DNA of 64,000 nt, from the NCBI GenBank assembly GCA_021613535.1, contig CP075492.1:15624001-15688000 (forward strand), given 5' to 3'. Below, one piece after another: positions 12,925 to 26,828 of the stretch (its first letter is position 1; every line of letters starts with the position of its first letter). The notes below the pieces were generated by a model, which did not search any database, was not told the origin of the DNA, and saw only the letters and a program-made list of their open reading frames with translations. Source of the DNA: Adineta vaga. Taxonomy: Eukaryota; Animalia; Rotifera. The translations under genes were made by a program, and so were the position numbers.

Positions 12925-14764
12925 ATGTCAACAAGAAATCGTTTTTATGATATTGATTATTCATTTACAATAACAACATCTATTTATGATTTTCGTAGTC
13001 AACAACTTGTCTCACTTGAAGAAGCATTAAAACCAATTGAATCACAAATTGATCGATTATCTCATTTTATTAATGTAGCAAAAAGACGTTGTCATTATCC
13101 ATCTGAACATGGATTAACACATGACGAATCAGCATCAATTTATATTTATACAATGGAATGGAATCAAAGAATTTTATATCGTCTTTTAAATCAAGCATTA
13201 AGAAATGAAGATAGACAAATCGTTAAAATTTGGTTTCCATATTTAAAATTATTTCACTGTGCGTTAAACAAATTGCCAATAGTAAAAGGAAATATTTGGC
13301 GTGGAATTCCTGGCGACATTGGAAAATATTTGATTGAAAATCAACTGGTAACACAATGGTCGATAAATTCATGTTCATCATCATTTAATGTTACTAAAGA
13401 TTTTCTTAAAAATAATCCTAAATCAACACTTTTCTTAATTAAAGCTTTAAACGGAAAAAAGGTATCTGGTTATAATGAATATGAGAATGAAGATGAAGTT
13501 ATTTTCAAAATGGGAACAAAATTTCGTGTGAAATCCATTGTATTTGATCATCGAAATGGATCATATGTTGTTAATTTAGTTGAAATTGATGTTTATTCAT
13601 TAAAAAACTCAATAAAACATATCAAATCAAGTAAGTTCATCCTTTTAAATCATTTTTTTTACCATTGAACAAAACAATCTCCGAAATTTGATGAAAATAT
13701 GAGAAACAAAAGAAATTCTAACTTTTTTGTCTTGTCTTCATTTCTTTTTTCATAAAAATAATCAAAAGAAACATTTATATATATTGAAATATTTTCAATG
13801 ACTATATCTCGGTGATGCGCTTTGCCTAAAATTGAGAACTTTTTCCTAATTAAGACTTGTTTGTTTAGATATAAAATTTCAACAACATGGAACAATTGTC
13901 GCTGGAGGAAATGGAGGTGGAAGTCAATTCAATCAACTCTCTTATTCCTATGGGACCTTTGTCGATAAAAACCAAACGATTTTCGTTGCTGATTGGGGAA
14001 ATCATCGTATTGTTAAATGGAAACGTAATGCAAAACAAGGAAAAATCATTGCAGGTGGAAACGGACAAGGAAAGAGAATAGATCAATTGAATGGACCAAC
14101 AGATGTGATTGTTGATTATCAACATCATTCCATTATCATTGTCGACTATGGAAATAGACGACTGATACGGTGGTCAAGAGATGATAAAAAACAAGAAATT
14201 CTCATTGAAAATATTGACTGTTGTCGTCTAGCAATGGATGAATATGGATTTCTATATGTTTCTAATTGGAAGAAGAATGAAGTGCGAAAATGGAATTTAG
14301 AAAAGATTTATGAAAACAAAAAAGGAATGTTAGTTGCAGGTGGAAATGGAGAAGGAAATGAATTATATCAACTTCACTGTCCTTCTTTCATCTTCGTTGA
14401 TAAAGATCAATCTGTGTATATTTCAGATCAACGAAATTATCGAGTGATGAAATGGAGAAAAGATGCGAGAGAAGGAATTGTTGTGGCTGGAGGAAATGGA
14501 AAAGGAAAGAATCTCAATCAATTGAATTGGCCTGAAGGATTGTTTGTTGATCAACAGGGTCAAATCTATGTAGTAGATTATTGGAATGATCGAATAATGC
14601 GATGGTGTGAAGGAGATGGAAAAGGTTCGATTATTGTCGGTAGAAATGGAAGTAAATCAAATCAATTGAATGGTCCTCGTGGCTTATCATTGGGTTTGGA
14701 TGGAAGTCTTTATATTTCGGACAGTGAAAATCATCGAATCATTCGATTTGATCAAATTCGTTGA
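12925..14764 (+). CDS. ADP-ribosyltransferase (R-S-E class) fused to NHL-repeat propeller, 2 exons
   Basis: WRG, SCS and ENEDE catalytic motifs; phase-1 intron 13631-13868 joins in frame to the NHL repeats (AGGNG..G...QL..P.G.FVD). Confidence 0.85.
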
Positions 14765-15265
14765 AATAAACTTTGGATGAAAAACGAGAAGACAATATGT
14801 TTGATTGAAAAAAGGTTACTTTTTTCTGTTTAAATTATTTTCTAAAACAATTCGGAATATTTTTCCTTTTCTTTCAAAAGAATAATTCGTTCTCTAATTA
14901 TTAGAAAAGGGTGTGGGCGTGGAAAGATGAGCAATGAGGAATAAGATAATACACCCACACCTACACCCAAAAAAGGCGAGAAAAACTGATCTATACGACA
15001 GTAATTACAATGACTCAAATATAAAATAGTAAAAAGTAATTGAAGTTTCATATTTCATTATACAGAACGAGTAAAATTAACTATTTTATTCTACACTTGC
15101 GAAAGAAATGACTCATGAAAAGATGACTAATGCTATAGTTAATTGTTGCATTTTTTCTCTCTGTATTAAAACGAAATATATTTAAATATATATATTTATA
15201 TGGTAAGACATATATATATATAAATCTACTTTTATTTTGTCATACTCCCGAATAACGCTTCTCAA

Positions 15266-15622
15266 ATGACTGATGAAAACAAATTCTTAAAATCTTCGAA
15301 GTATGTTCATCTTTATTTCTATCAACAATAAAGTAATTTTAAATCTAATCTTTAGGGAAACAGTGGATAAGCAGCAGAAAACTGAAGAAACTACCGAAGA
15401 GAACAAACATCATGATAAATATCCAGGCGAATATGTTCCCGGGGATAGGAAAAATAAGATCCGTTGGATTCAGATTGTTTACGGGATGCAAAAATGGTAA
15501 GTATAAAAATGAAGGGAAAATATAGAGAGTTTCATTTTGAAGAACAATCATCAGTCTGTTTTCTTTGTGTTTCTAGTTGTCTTGGATGTTTATATTTGTC
15601 GACCTGTTGCTTTTGTCGTTAA
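15266..15622 (+). CDS. Small protein with Cys-rich C-terminal tail (CYSTM-like), 3 exons
   Basis: Exons 15266-15300, 15356-15496, 15577-15622 splice in frame; ends IRWIQIVYGMQKCCLGCLYLSTCCFCR. Confidence 0.65.
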
Positions 15623-16436
15623 TGACGACTCTAAATCAAATATCAAATTATTTTCATCGATATTTCAGATAATTTAATAGTACACTCAATTCTATTGTAT
15701 CTGTTATGCGTGCGTTCCTTTACGATATGGGTGTGAGTGGATAAAAGACATCTACATTGTGAGAAAAAATATTTTTATTATTGAATTACTCGTAATTAAA
15801 TATATAGACAATAAAGAAAATGATGAATATAATCTGTTGATTGTTGTATTAATCGAAATATATTAGGATAATCACATGGCCTAATCATCACACATTCTTG
15901 TCGCTCGAGAATAAAAAACCAAATGATACCAAAAAAGAACTATGATAGTTATGAATACAATTCGTATAACATATACTTCAAACTATGATACATAATTTGA
16001 ATAATGTTTGCGAAATCTTTTCTATGATTTCATCGTTATGATTAATTAAGTTCAAGTGTATCGTATACGATCTGCAGATTCACTGTCTACGATCCATGGA
16101 TAAAATATGTGAGTGGGCGAGGGTAGCATAATTACACATCAGTCTCATCCTCACCAATCCACACCCTAAAAAATTGCTCACAGTTCTCTTGCTTCTTTCA
16201 ATTTTATTTTATTTTTGTCTGGATGAGAGGTCAAACAGACGGGAAATTTAACATTAAATTAAGAAAGATAAGTTTTCTTTTCTCATAGCAACGCGAATCG
16301 TATTGGTTAATTCAGCGTTAAATTGTACAGTCTGTTTGAGGTCTGAAACATTCCTTTGTATTCTTTCTCTTTGTTATATTGTTGTATATATAATATGTTC
16401 TCTTCTTCTATGCATTTATGAATATATCATTACAGA

Positions 16437-18374
16437 ATGAAATTTATAATATTTCCGATAGTTATCATTGGTCTATGTGAATGTCTTTTACAAGTTGATA
16501 AAGAATGGGCAGGTGGATTTCAAGGGACTTTATTTTGTCTCGTTGAACATGATACTTACGAATGGGAACTTGAACTTCGATTTAATAAATCAGCAAATAT
16601 TCAGGTATATTGTTAAAACATTTTCTTTGAATTTTATATTATTTTTATTTATTTATTAGGCATCTCAAGGTGTTTTGAAGAACAAAACTAATGAAATATT
16701 TACATATCATTGTCTAAATTGGAATTGTTCTATCGGTGCATTTAAGGCGTTTAGCTTTGAATTTACCGCTGACGGTGATGTCAAACCGAATAATCTAATA
16801 GGTGCAATATTTAACGGAAAAACTGTTGATCTTATACGAGTGAGTGATCCACCGTTAGTGACATTTCCATCAAAGTCAGTCAATATATCAAAAAGTAATG
16901 GCTCATATGATTATGGAATGGTGCTTTATGCTTCACTTCTCTTCTACGAATCACAACGATCTGGTCGATTACCGGCTAATAAACGTATTAGTTGGAGAGG
17001 TGATTCGATGTTAACAGATTCTGGAAGCAATGGAGAAGATTTAACTGGTGGTTATTTCACACAGGGTGGTCTTGCTAAAGAAAGTCACTACATGGCTGGA
17101 TTCACAACATTATTGGCCTGGGGTGTCATTGATTATCATGATGCGTATCTTAAAGCTGGTCAATTAGATTATATTCGTGATGCTATTCGTTGGTCAACAG
17201 ATTATTTAATGAAGGTAAGAATTTGATATAAGTTTTTGTATCGATTATCCTCAAGTGTTTTCTATATTTCTATAGGCACATGTTAGTGAACGTGTATTTT
17301 ATACAAGCGTAGGTGATCCTCAAACGGATACATGGTTTTGGTCACGACCAGAATCTGTGCTAAGTTCACGAATTTCACGAACGACGACACCTGAAAATGC
17401 GCAATCGGAAATCCTGGGCGAAGCAGCTGCTTGTTTAGCAGCCGCTTCAATTGTTTTTCGTTCATCTGATCCGATATATGAAACAAAACTATTAACACAT
17501 GCTAAACAATTGTACAGTTTCGCAAATGAAACTCGTGATCAAGATTTTCCTTTCTCTCCTATGCCATTACCACCTATGTATGGTGATGAATTAGGATGGG
17601 CGGCTATTTGGCTTTACATCGCCACAAATGAAACGCATTATCTATTGGATGCTAAACGTCATTGTGATCAATTTGAACTTGATGGATATTCAAGTTTCTT
17701 TGAAACAGATGACAGAGAGTTAGGTTTTGTAGTTCTTATGGCAAAAAGTACAGGAGAGGAGAAATATCGTACATCCGTGGAGAGAAAGTGTAATCGCTAT
17801 GTCCGAGAAGGTCGAAAAACACCAAAAGGTCTTTGTTATATTCATGACTACAAGACATTACCACGTCTTGGAAATCTAGCTTTTGCTTGTTTACAAGTAA
17901 GTAAAAGTACGTGTTTATAATGCATTTAGAAAAAGATATTTTCTTTTATAGGCTGCAGATATTGGTATTAATAGTGTGGAATATTTTAATTTTACTAAAC
18001 AACAAATCGGTTATATATTAGGTGATTCTGGTCGATCTTATGTTGTTGGAATTGGTCAAAATTATCCTCAACGACCTCGCGATCGTGGAAGGTAATTATT
18101 GTAATATATTCTATTCACAATAGATATGAAATATTATTCTTTATAGTTCATGTGCTGCTCGACCACCAATATGTACCCGAGAGATACTTCGCAATCCAGA
18201 TCCGAATCCTTATTTGTTAGTAGGTGCATTAGTTGATGGACCTGATGAAAAAGATGTTTTTGAAGATGATCGTACGAATGCGAACGTTCCAATACAGTTA
18301 GTGTTGAGAACAATGCTGGTTTTCAATCAGCTGTTGCTGGTCTACTTTATCATGAAATTAAATTAGGAAAATAG
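16437..18374 (+). CDS. Signal peptide + CBM2-like domain + GH9 cellulase-like domain lacking catalytic residues, 5 exons, 1-bp frameshift near 18282
   Basis: Exons 16437-16604, 16660-17214, 17276-17896, 17952-18091, 18147-18374; [39 protein letters not shown] motifs. Confidence 0.85.
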
Positions 18375-19689
18375 AAATCTGTAGATTTTTTCATTAATAA
18401 AGTATTGATGCGAATAAAAGAAATTGATTCATGTATCTCCATTTTCATCATCCTTGTTGAGCGTGAAAGTGTGTTTGAGTATAAGACATCCTCACTTTCA
18501 TTCGTGATGATGATCAAGAAAGAAGTATGAATATAATGGTAAACTCATTGAATAGCCATCAGAATTGCAAGTGACAAAGGAATCGTAAAATCGTCTTCGA
18601 TTGATACAGTTACGACTCATAGCAACTCTTTGAAATATAGAGAAGACTATTGATCTTGATCAAGATTTATTGTTGTTGTTGTGTCTTTTTTTCACATTCG
18701 TTCGTTTATCTTTCTATTAAATGTACATGATCATATATTAAATATGTTATACAATTATGATTCATGAAGTAAGCATTTTTAGCGAATGTAGATATTTATG
18801 AGGAACATTATTATAACTAGGATATAAATTAATCTTAATAAAATATAAGTTGATAATCGAAATCGTCTTTGTGAAATTTTTTTTTTGTGAAGAGTAAAAA
18901 TGATGGTTATATGCACTTTCTGTGGCGTATCAATTCCTTCATCATCAGTTGCTTACAAGTATCATCAATGTACTAATCATTTTCTTGATGAATTATGCCT
19001 TCAGAGATTTGACAAAAAAGTAAAAGTGAAGGAAATCCTATTGAAACAATAAACAATATATCTTTTTTTATACTCTTTATGTTTATTGTGAATTGAAAGC
19101 ATGTTCAAAGTCGTTATCAATATTTAACTAGTTCGAAGAGATTTGAGATTGACCAAAGAAAATCCTAATTGACGTGATTTGATAACAGGTTTAACAAAAA
19201 TTGATACTGAACTCGTTATTCAACAAGAAAAATAAGAGTTTGAGAGTTATAAGTTTCGATTAGCACTATAGCTTATTTGCATCAAACAACTGCGAATATA
19301 TTACGAATTGCCATTAACTCCAACTATTATCGCACAGTGTCTAGTATAATATGAAATAAGACGCTGCGTCATTAATAAAAATACCACCTTTCGTATATAC
19401 TCTTCATCAAGATCTTATCGTGTTTAATCATTCAGAATTCAGTTAATTCATCTTTTGTTTTTGATAAAAAGAATAACCAATTCTTCCTCATTATTATCTT
19501 TTTTACATATTCGAACGTTCATGTTTCGCGAGAGATCGATTTCTTACATAAAGATATGAGCAGTATGAATCAAAATTCATTTCTATTCAAAAAATCATTT
19601 TTTTTCATAAGTAATTATCAATATTCCTATTCCTCTTGAAATAGATATAAATTACAGATCACTAATTTTCATTTATCTTTCCTTTTTAG

Positions 19690-19980
19690 TTTGTATTTAA
19701 CAAATAATATCATTATAATACCATTTTATATTCGTTCCTGGATTCTTTTGGTACCTCTCATACCATCTATCGTATTTACCATTTTTGTTCTTTATCTTTT
19801 TCGCAAACATCGAATAGATCGTAAAGCACTCAATAATCATACGATTATTCGTCTTCTACCTGTTGGATTAATTGAAGAACATACCGCTGTTGTTTAGAAT
19901 GTATAGCTTTTTTATAATAATATTGCGCTATCAACAACACTAGTATTTTGCCTTGCTTGGGTATATATTGATTTTCTATA
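19690..19980 (+). pseudogene. Degenerate GPCR fragment (TM1-TM3)
   Basis: IRSWILLVPLIPSIVFTIFVLY..RKALNNH..FCLAWVYID with in-frame stops. Confidence 0.5.
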
Positions 19981-20008
19981 CAGGCTGTTTTTCGTCAAGA
20001 ATAAAACG

Positions 20009-20076
20009 TCTTGAAGGGTAGGTGGGGATATACATCATAAGAAGCTGCTCATCCATCCTCACCCACACCCTCAAGA
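20009..20076. repeat. Telomere-like hairpin element
   Basis: tcttgaagggtaggtgggga ... catcctcacccacaccctcaaga. Confidence 0.75.
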
Positions 20077-20288
20077 TGCTCATACTAAAATATGTGAATC
20101 ATTCACTTGATATTATATGTGCGGGAAATCTCCCTGACATACTACGCATCTATTTTTTTGTTACTAGCGCAATCTAAAAAAACATCGCACACCTACTCAT
20201 TTACTAATATCGAATATCTTTAGTATTTATACATCACATAAAATATCATTATTTAGTTATTTCATACAGCATCACACAAACAGATAAA

Positions 20289-20552
20289 ATGAAGTTCTTC
20301 TGTGTTTTCTTGATTCTGATGGCTGCTGTTTCAATTGCAATGAGTTTTATGGGTGATATTCCACATTATCCATGGCGTAATTGTCAATGCCAGAGAGGAG
20401 GAGAACGCGGTGGTCATTGTCATTGTCCAAATAATGGAAAACTGGCTAATACTTATTGTCGTTATGGAGGAAATCATTGGATTTGTTTTCCTTTCGGTCG
20501 TCGTCGTCGTTCAATTCCATCTCATGAAAATCATGTACATAGTTTTGAATAA
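20289..20552 (+). CDS. Secreted 6-Cys peptide precursor (candidate antimicrobial or toxin-like peptide)
   Basis: Signal peptide, CxC..CxC..C..C core, G-RRRR amidation/cleavage site, short C-terminal propeptide, AATAAA near 20602. Confidence 0.75.
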   Translation: MKFFCVFLILMAAVSIAMSFMGDIPHYPWRNCQCQRGGERGGHCHCPNNGKLANTYCRYGGNHWICFPFGRRRRSIPSHENHVHSFE

Positions 20553-21601
20553 ATATTCTTCGCTTATTATTTATCTATTTACAAGTTATATTTAATTGAA
20601 AAATAAATAACCATAATTCATGCGTTAATTTTAAGTTTTTATTTTACTAGAGCGTGGGTGTGGATGAAGAGAAGATATCCATGCTCGAATCTGATTAATC
20701 AAGTATTTGTAAATTTGGAACCGAATTTCGGACTACTTGATGAGCTCTAACTCTTATTCGCAGTATGTATACTAAATGTGTACTACAGATTTTTTTCTGA
20801 TCAAATAGAAAATGAAGAAAAAACGAACTTTGATTATTTTTCATATATTATCGATATATACACAATAAACAATAAATGCTACTGTGACTAATGATTACGC
20901 ATGTCCCACTGACGTCAGAGCGTTGGTTGATCGTTTTTTTTCTTTTCTTTTCTTTCCATAAACATTAAAAATAGGTGATGCCTACATATTCGTCCATATT
21001 TGGGATCGTAATAAATAAAAGATAAAAATACCTGTTTGGCACGTTTTTCTTCTGTTATTTGATTTCGTTTGTTTACATACGAAATACATGCGTTGGTCTG
21101 CTTTCAATGTGGATGGATTCTGGCCATTACTAAAAATTCTCTACTCTTCAAAAACAAATTCGGTTTCGGAGGGTGTGGGTGTGCGTAGCGTATTTACACA
21201 TCAATCTTATCCTTTCCCTCATTCATTTTTATTGCTCAACATAAACACTTGAACTGGCGAAATTGGAAGATAACGAAAAACAAACTATTACCAAAGACTT
21301 GAAAACCATTATTCTATCAAAAATTAAATTTTAATATTAGGCATGTAACAATACCTATACTCTTACTTTCACCTACACCTTAACTCAATGCATAGAAAAT
21401 TTTCGAACGATTCTTTTTCACAATAAATTACAGTTTAATGCACCAGTATCAATTACAAAATAAAAAAATAACTATCGACTCTTTTCTACTGAAAATGTAT
21501 CTGACAATAAAATATCCAAAGCTATTATCTTTCATCGCACTTAATCTTGCAGTAAACGATTTTCATGGACTATTTAAAGTAAAATAAAAATAAAATAAAA
21601 T

Positions 21602-23475
21602 ATGTTATTTAATATACAATGTTTCCAACTTTGGATAGCATTGCTATTTCAATCATTAGTAGGTACATAAGAGAATAATAATTTGAAATTTGAAGCTCTA
21701 TTTGTATAGGTCGTATCGGAGTTGATATAATTCAATGTCGATACTTGAATGTTGTGCTTCTTACCTGGCTTATGGTAGTTATTCCTAGGATTGTTGGTGG
21801 AAGCATAACTGTATTTCCTGCTGATTCATTTGTCGAAAGTATTGGTGTAAATACTCATTGGGCATATGCGAATGTTTATACCAACAACTATACTGAATTA
21901 AGGAATAAATTGGGTGAATCTGGCATTCGTTATGTTCGTGATAGAGCTCATCGAACAATTTTTAATCGAGCTAATGATCTGTACGACAGTTTTGGAATCA
22001 AGACAAATATGCTTACAGCACGATGGAAACCTGGTTCATGGCCTGCTCCATTAGATCCGACACAAATTGATGCTGAATTAAATGATATTAAAAACTTTGC
22101 ATTAGCAGCAACAGTCGCGATCGAAGCACCAAATGAATATGATCTTGCACATGGTCCGGATCCAGATTGGGTTGGAAGTATCAAAAACTATAGTATTCTT
22201 CTCTATAACAAAGCAAAAGCTGATCCATTACTAAAAAAATTACCTGTTATTGGACCTTCGTTCACAACATTTGAAGCATACAATATTGTGGGTAATTCAG
22301 ATTCATTTATTGATTATGGTAATCAACATTTTTATTATTGGACTTATTGGCCAGGTTTTCCTGGATACGATAGTAATGGAACACGTAGTATTACATGGTA
22401 TCTTGATTATCTTGCTCCTCAACAATCACCATCTGGTAAAATTGTTCAAGGAACTGAAGCTGGTCATACTAATTATATTCAAGTTGGCGGTCTTTCAGAA
22501 GAAGCCGATGGTAAATATATGGCTCGTATCTTTGCTGAATTCTTTCGACGTGGAATCTATCGTACCTATAAATATGAACTTGTCGATCAAGCTCTACCAG
22601 ATAGAGAAGGATTCTTTGGTTTATTGCGCAATGATTTGTCTGAAAAACATGCCTTTCGAGCAATGAAAAATTTAATTGCAATACTTAACGACAAAGGACC
22701 AAGTTTCACTCCTAGTACATTAAATTATACACTTACTGGTAGTATGAACAATGTTCGACAATTACTTTTTCAAAAACGAAATGGTGATTTCTATTTGATG
22801 TTCTGGACAGAAATATCAAGTTGGGATGTTAGTAAAAAAGTTAATTTATATCCCCCACCACAACAAGTTCTTCTTACTGTACAAGATGATTACAAAATTT
22901 CTGATGCTACTCTCTATGCTCTGAATAACAATGCCGATGTGGATACCTTTAATCTTCCTGTCAGTCATAATCAAGTGAACTTGAATGCGACAGATAAAAT
23001 TAGTATTATTCGATTGAGACAGAGTACGGTATCGATTTCACGAGGCATCTATCGCATAACACCAAAGTTTGCTCCCATGTCGGGTCTTTATGCAAATGAA
23101 AATCAAAACTATGCATTTGTGAGTCAAACACAATACTCGAGCAATACTAATCAACAATGGATTCTTGAACCATTGAATGATGGTTTTTATCGTATAAAAA
23201 ATCGTGTTGGTGCTCGAGTTCTCAATGTATATAGATGTAGTGCAACTGATGGAGGTGTCGTGCAATTATACGATTGGTTAGATTCCGAGTGTCAAAAATG
23301 GAAGTTTGAATTTCTTGCAGATGGTTACTATCGTATTACACCTAAGCATGCTCAAGATCAATGTCTTGCTGTACAAATGTGTTCTACTGTTGGTGGCATC
23401 ATAGTTCAACAATCGTCTTGGTTAAATACCGAATGTCAACATTGGAAACTGGAATGGATTGAATCAGTTATTTGA
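21602..23475 (+). CDS. Clan GH-A glycoside hydrolase with C-terminal ricin-B lectin, bacterial-like
   Basis: FVESIGVNTH, PNEY (acid/base), TEAG (nucleophile), QxW repeats; optional first exon 21602-21662 with 47-bp intron is in frame. Confidence 0.85.
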
Positions 23476-24518
23476 AGAAAAACAGAGCATATTTTAGAAG
23501 TAAGATAATAATTTATTGTTAAAAACATAAAAATATTTTACAATAAAATCGAATGGATTCTCTCCTATTCATTGAAAAGAATTAAAAATGCATTGAATTA
23601 TATCATCCACGTATAGGCGAGTGTGGTTCAGTATATGAAAGATACATCCACACCCTCGAGTTATTTGAGATAATAATTACAAAACGTTTTGTTGTTTACT
23701 CACAAAAAAAACTGATGATTTGTAGAAGATAATTTCCACTTAAGCACAACTATCTTTCTACTTTAATATATTTGATCGAAAGAGATTTTCATATGTCGAA
23801 AAGGATAGTACAAGTGTACTATATATCGAATATACATTATTTTGTTCCAGTTGATTTTCCAACATATTTCATCTTATCATTATTGACTTTAAGACTTCAT
23901 CCTCTGATGATAAGACCAACTGAGAATTTTTTACAACTTCGTTTATTTCATTCTCAACCAACCGTCGTTTTTTTGAAGCGGTCATATTGAAAATGTATGA
24001 GATCGATTGTTGAGCTAAATAGTTATTCTCCAGCAAAGAATGTTTTCTTTATTCGTTCTTTCTCTTATCTTTTGTTATTCGACCGGCATATATATACCAC
24101 GAGTTAGAAACTAGAAGAATTTACCAGATTTTATACAAGGGACAGAACTGACTAGAATCTTACGTAAAAATGACGCATTCGAAAGAATGTAGGAGAAAAC
24201 GAAATAGCTATAATGGATCTAAAGATAAGAACGAAAAAAATGACTATACTGGAACAAACTAGAATAAGCAGAAACATGGATGAAATGTACGCGAGTGAAA
24301 ATATCAACAGAAAGAAAAAATATATCAGTATGATATCATTTAACAAACGATAAGAAACTCTTCTAAACGACTAAAAAGTATACAGTTGCCATTTTTATTC
24401 AATAAATATGTTCGGACGCATATGTGTTCCAGGAGTAGCCAAAGGGTTAAAGCATTTTATTCTTATCTTTATCACCACATGAATCTGTCTTTTTTTAAAT
24501 TTCTCTTCATTCACACAA

Positions 24519-25909
24519 ATGGCTACGACAAACAACAAAATACAATGTTTCAAATGTCAGAAATACAAGAAAATAACAATTCCTTGTAGAGGTTGTTCAA
24601 AGGAGTTTTGTCAAGCAGATTGGATTGAACATCAACAAATATTGAATGAAGAATTAAATGTTATTATCAATAATTATGATCAATTTAGACAAAAAATAAA
24701 TGAACATGATCAGAATCTGCAAAATTCTTCATTAATTGAACGGATTGATCAATGGGAAAGAAATTCGATTCGAATTATTCAACAAAGAGCTGAAAAGTGT
24801 CGACAAAGAGCTGTGCAACATTGCAAAACAAATTTTAAACAAATCGAACAGAAGTTAAGTGAATTAAGTGAAGAAATCAAAGACATCCAACGAGAAAATG
24901 AATTTAATGAAATTGATTTGAATGATTTGAAAAGAAAATTAAACGAAATAAACGAAGAATTAAATAATCCATCGAACATTTCGATTGAAGAACATTCACA
25001 ATCATTTATTAATGAAATTTCAGTCATTTCGAGAAAGGGTAAGTGAAAATAGAACCGATCGAATTGTTATTTGTTTCAGTTGAATAAATGTTTTTCATTT
25101 GATCATTTTTTCTTCTTTTTTTTTAAGAATCAAAATTTCAACAATATGGAACAAATGCCACTGGAAGAAATGCAAAAGGAAGTCACCTAAATGAACTCTA
25201 TCATCCTTGTGGAATCTTTGTTGATAAAAATAAAACGATTTTTATTGCTGATTGGTGGAATCATCGTCTCGTTGAATGGAAATGTGATAAAAAACAAGGA
25301 GAAATCATTGCAGGTAGAATTGGAAAAGGAGAGAGAATAGATCAATTGAATGGATCAACAGATTTGATAATTGATCAACAAAATCATTCCATCATCATTG
25401 TTGATTGGAAGGAGAATGAAGTGAGAAAATGGAACTTAGAAAAGATCACTGAAAAGAAAGAAGGAATGTTAGTTGCTGGTGGCAATGGAAAAGGAAGTCA
25501 ACTCAATCAACTTAACTCTCCTTCTTTCATCCGTGTTGATAAAGATCAATCTGTTTATATTTCAGATCAACAGAATCATCGAGTGATGAAATGGAGAAAA
25601 GATGTAAGAGAAGGAATTGTTGTGGCGGGAGGAAATGGCTGGGGAAACAATCTCAATCAATTGAATGGTTCTGAAGGATTGTTTGTTGATGAATGGAATC
25701 AAATCTATGTGGCAGATTGGGGAAATCATCGAATAATGTGATGGTGTGAAGGAAATAGAGAAGGTTCGATTGCTGTTGGTGGAAATGGTCCAGGAACTCA
25801 ACCAAATCAATTGATTAATCCTCGAGGTTTATCATTTGATTTGGATGGAAATCTTTATGTTTCCGATTGTGGAAATCATCGAATCGTTCGATTTGATAAG
25901 ATTCGTTGA
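24519..25909 (+). pseudogene. B-box/coiled-coil + NHL (TRIM-like) gene with premature TGA and a one-repeat deletion
   Basis: CxxC..CxGC..FC..H, coiled coil, phase-1 intron 25039-25127; TGA at 25739-25741 where the paralog has CGA; frame continues to 25909. Confidence 0.8.
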
Positions 25910-26828
25910 AATAAATCTTCTACGAAAAACAATTTTCCTTTTTTTAAATTTTAACTTGGATAAGAAAACGATTCAGAAAATGTTTTTGTTTTTGTAAAAG
26001 TATCTGTGGAGAGATCAAAGTTACGCATATATAAAGCAAAATCAATTAAAAACGTTTTCGAATTCATTTTCTGTTTACACAACTAATAGAGCTGCACCAT
26101 TTACGATAAGGAGTTGTTACGTACGAATGACTTTGTTATTTGTCAATTAAGTGAATCTTTCATCACTTTGATATAATAAAGGTCTTCAATCATTTAAAAT
26201 GGAACTTAATTTAAATAAATACCAGCAACATATTTACTTTTTCTTGTCTATTAAAGTTTATCAATCATGTTAAAAGAATACTAGAAATAAACCGTCGATG
26301 AGTTTAGTATATGGGAGAAAATGATTTTCGGACGAAATGTCAATTGATGAATAGGTCGTGGGATGAAACACAATGGGATAAAACGACCGGATGCCCTTTA
26401 TAAGAATTTTCTATAAAACGGTAATCAAAACGAATATTTGATTTAATTGAAGACATGTCGCACCTGCTCTAAAAGACTCTTATGTAAATGATGCAGTTGC
26501 AGTATATATGATTCATTAATATTTCAAATCGCTATTTCTTCATTCGTTCTGCAAAATTATGCAATTTTTCGTTGTATTATTCAGAGAAATTACGTCAGAT
26601 GGAATAAGTATTCAGCTTTTTCTTCCTCAATTCACAAGAAAATTCAGTTTTACAGTATGATGTCATTTGGTCGTATGATGATTAACGTTACAAGTAAGTT
26701 CAATTGATTGTATGATATTTCAGACTTTATACTATGTTTTATCAATTACACTAATTGCAAAAAAAAATAGAAAACGTTTTTATTGTAGATTGAAATAAAA
26801 CCATAAAGAAATATATTGATTCTCCATT

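Noticed and set aside
24427-24450. piggyBac-like end aaagggTTAA
   Set aside because: No matching opposite end found in the window
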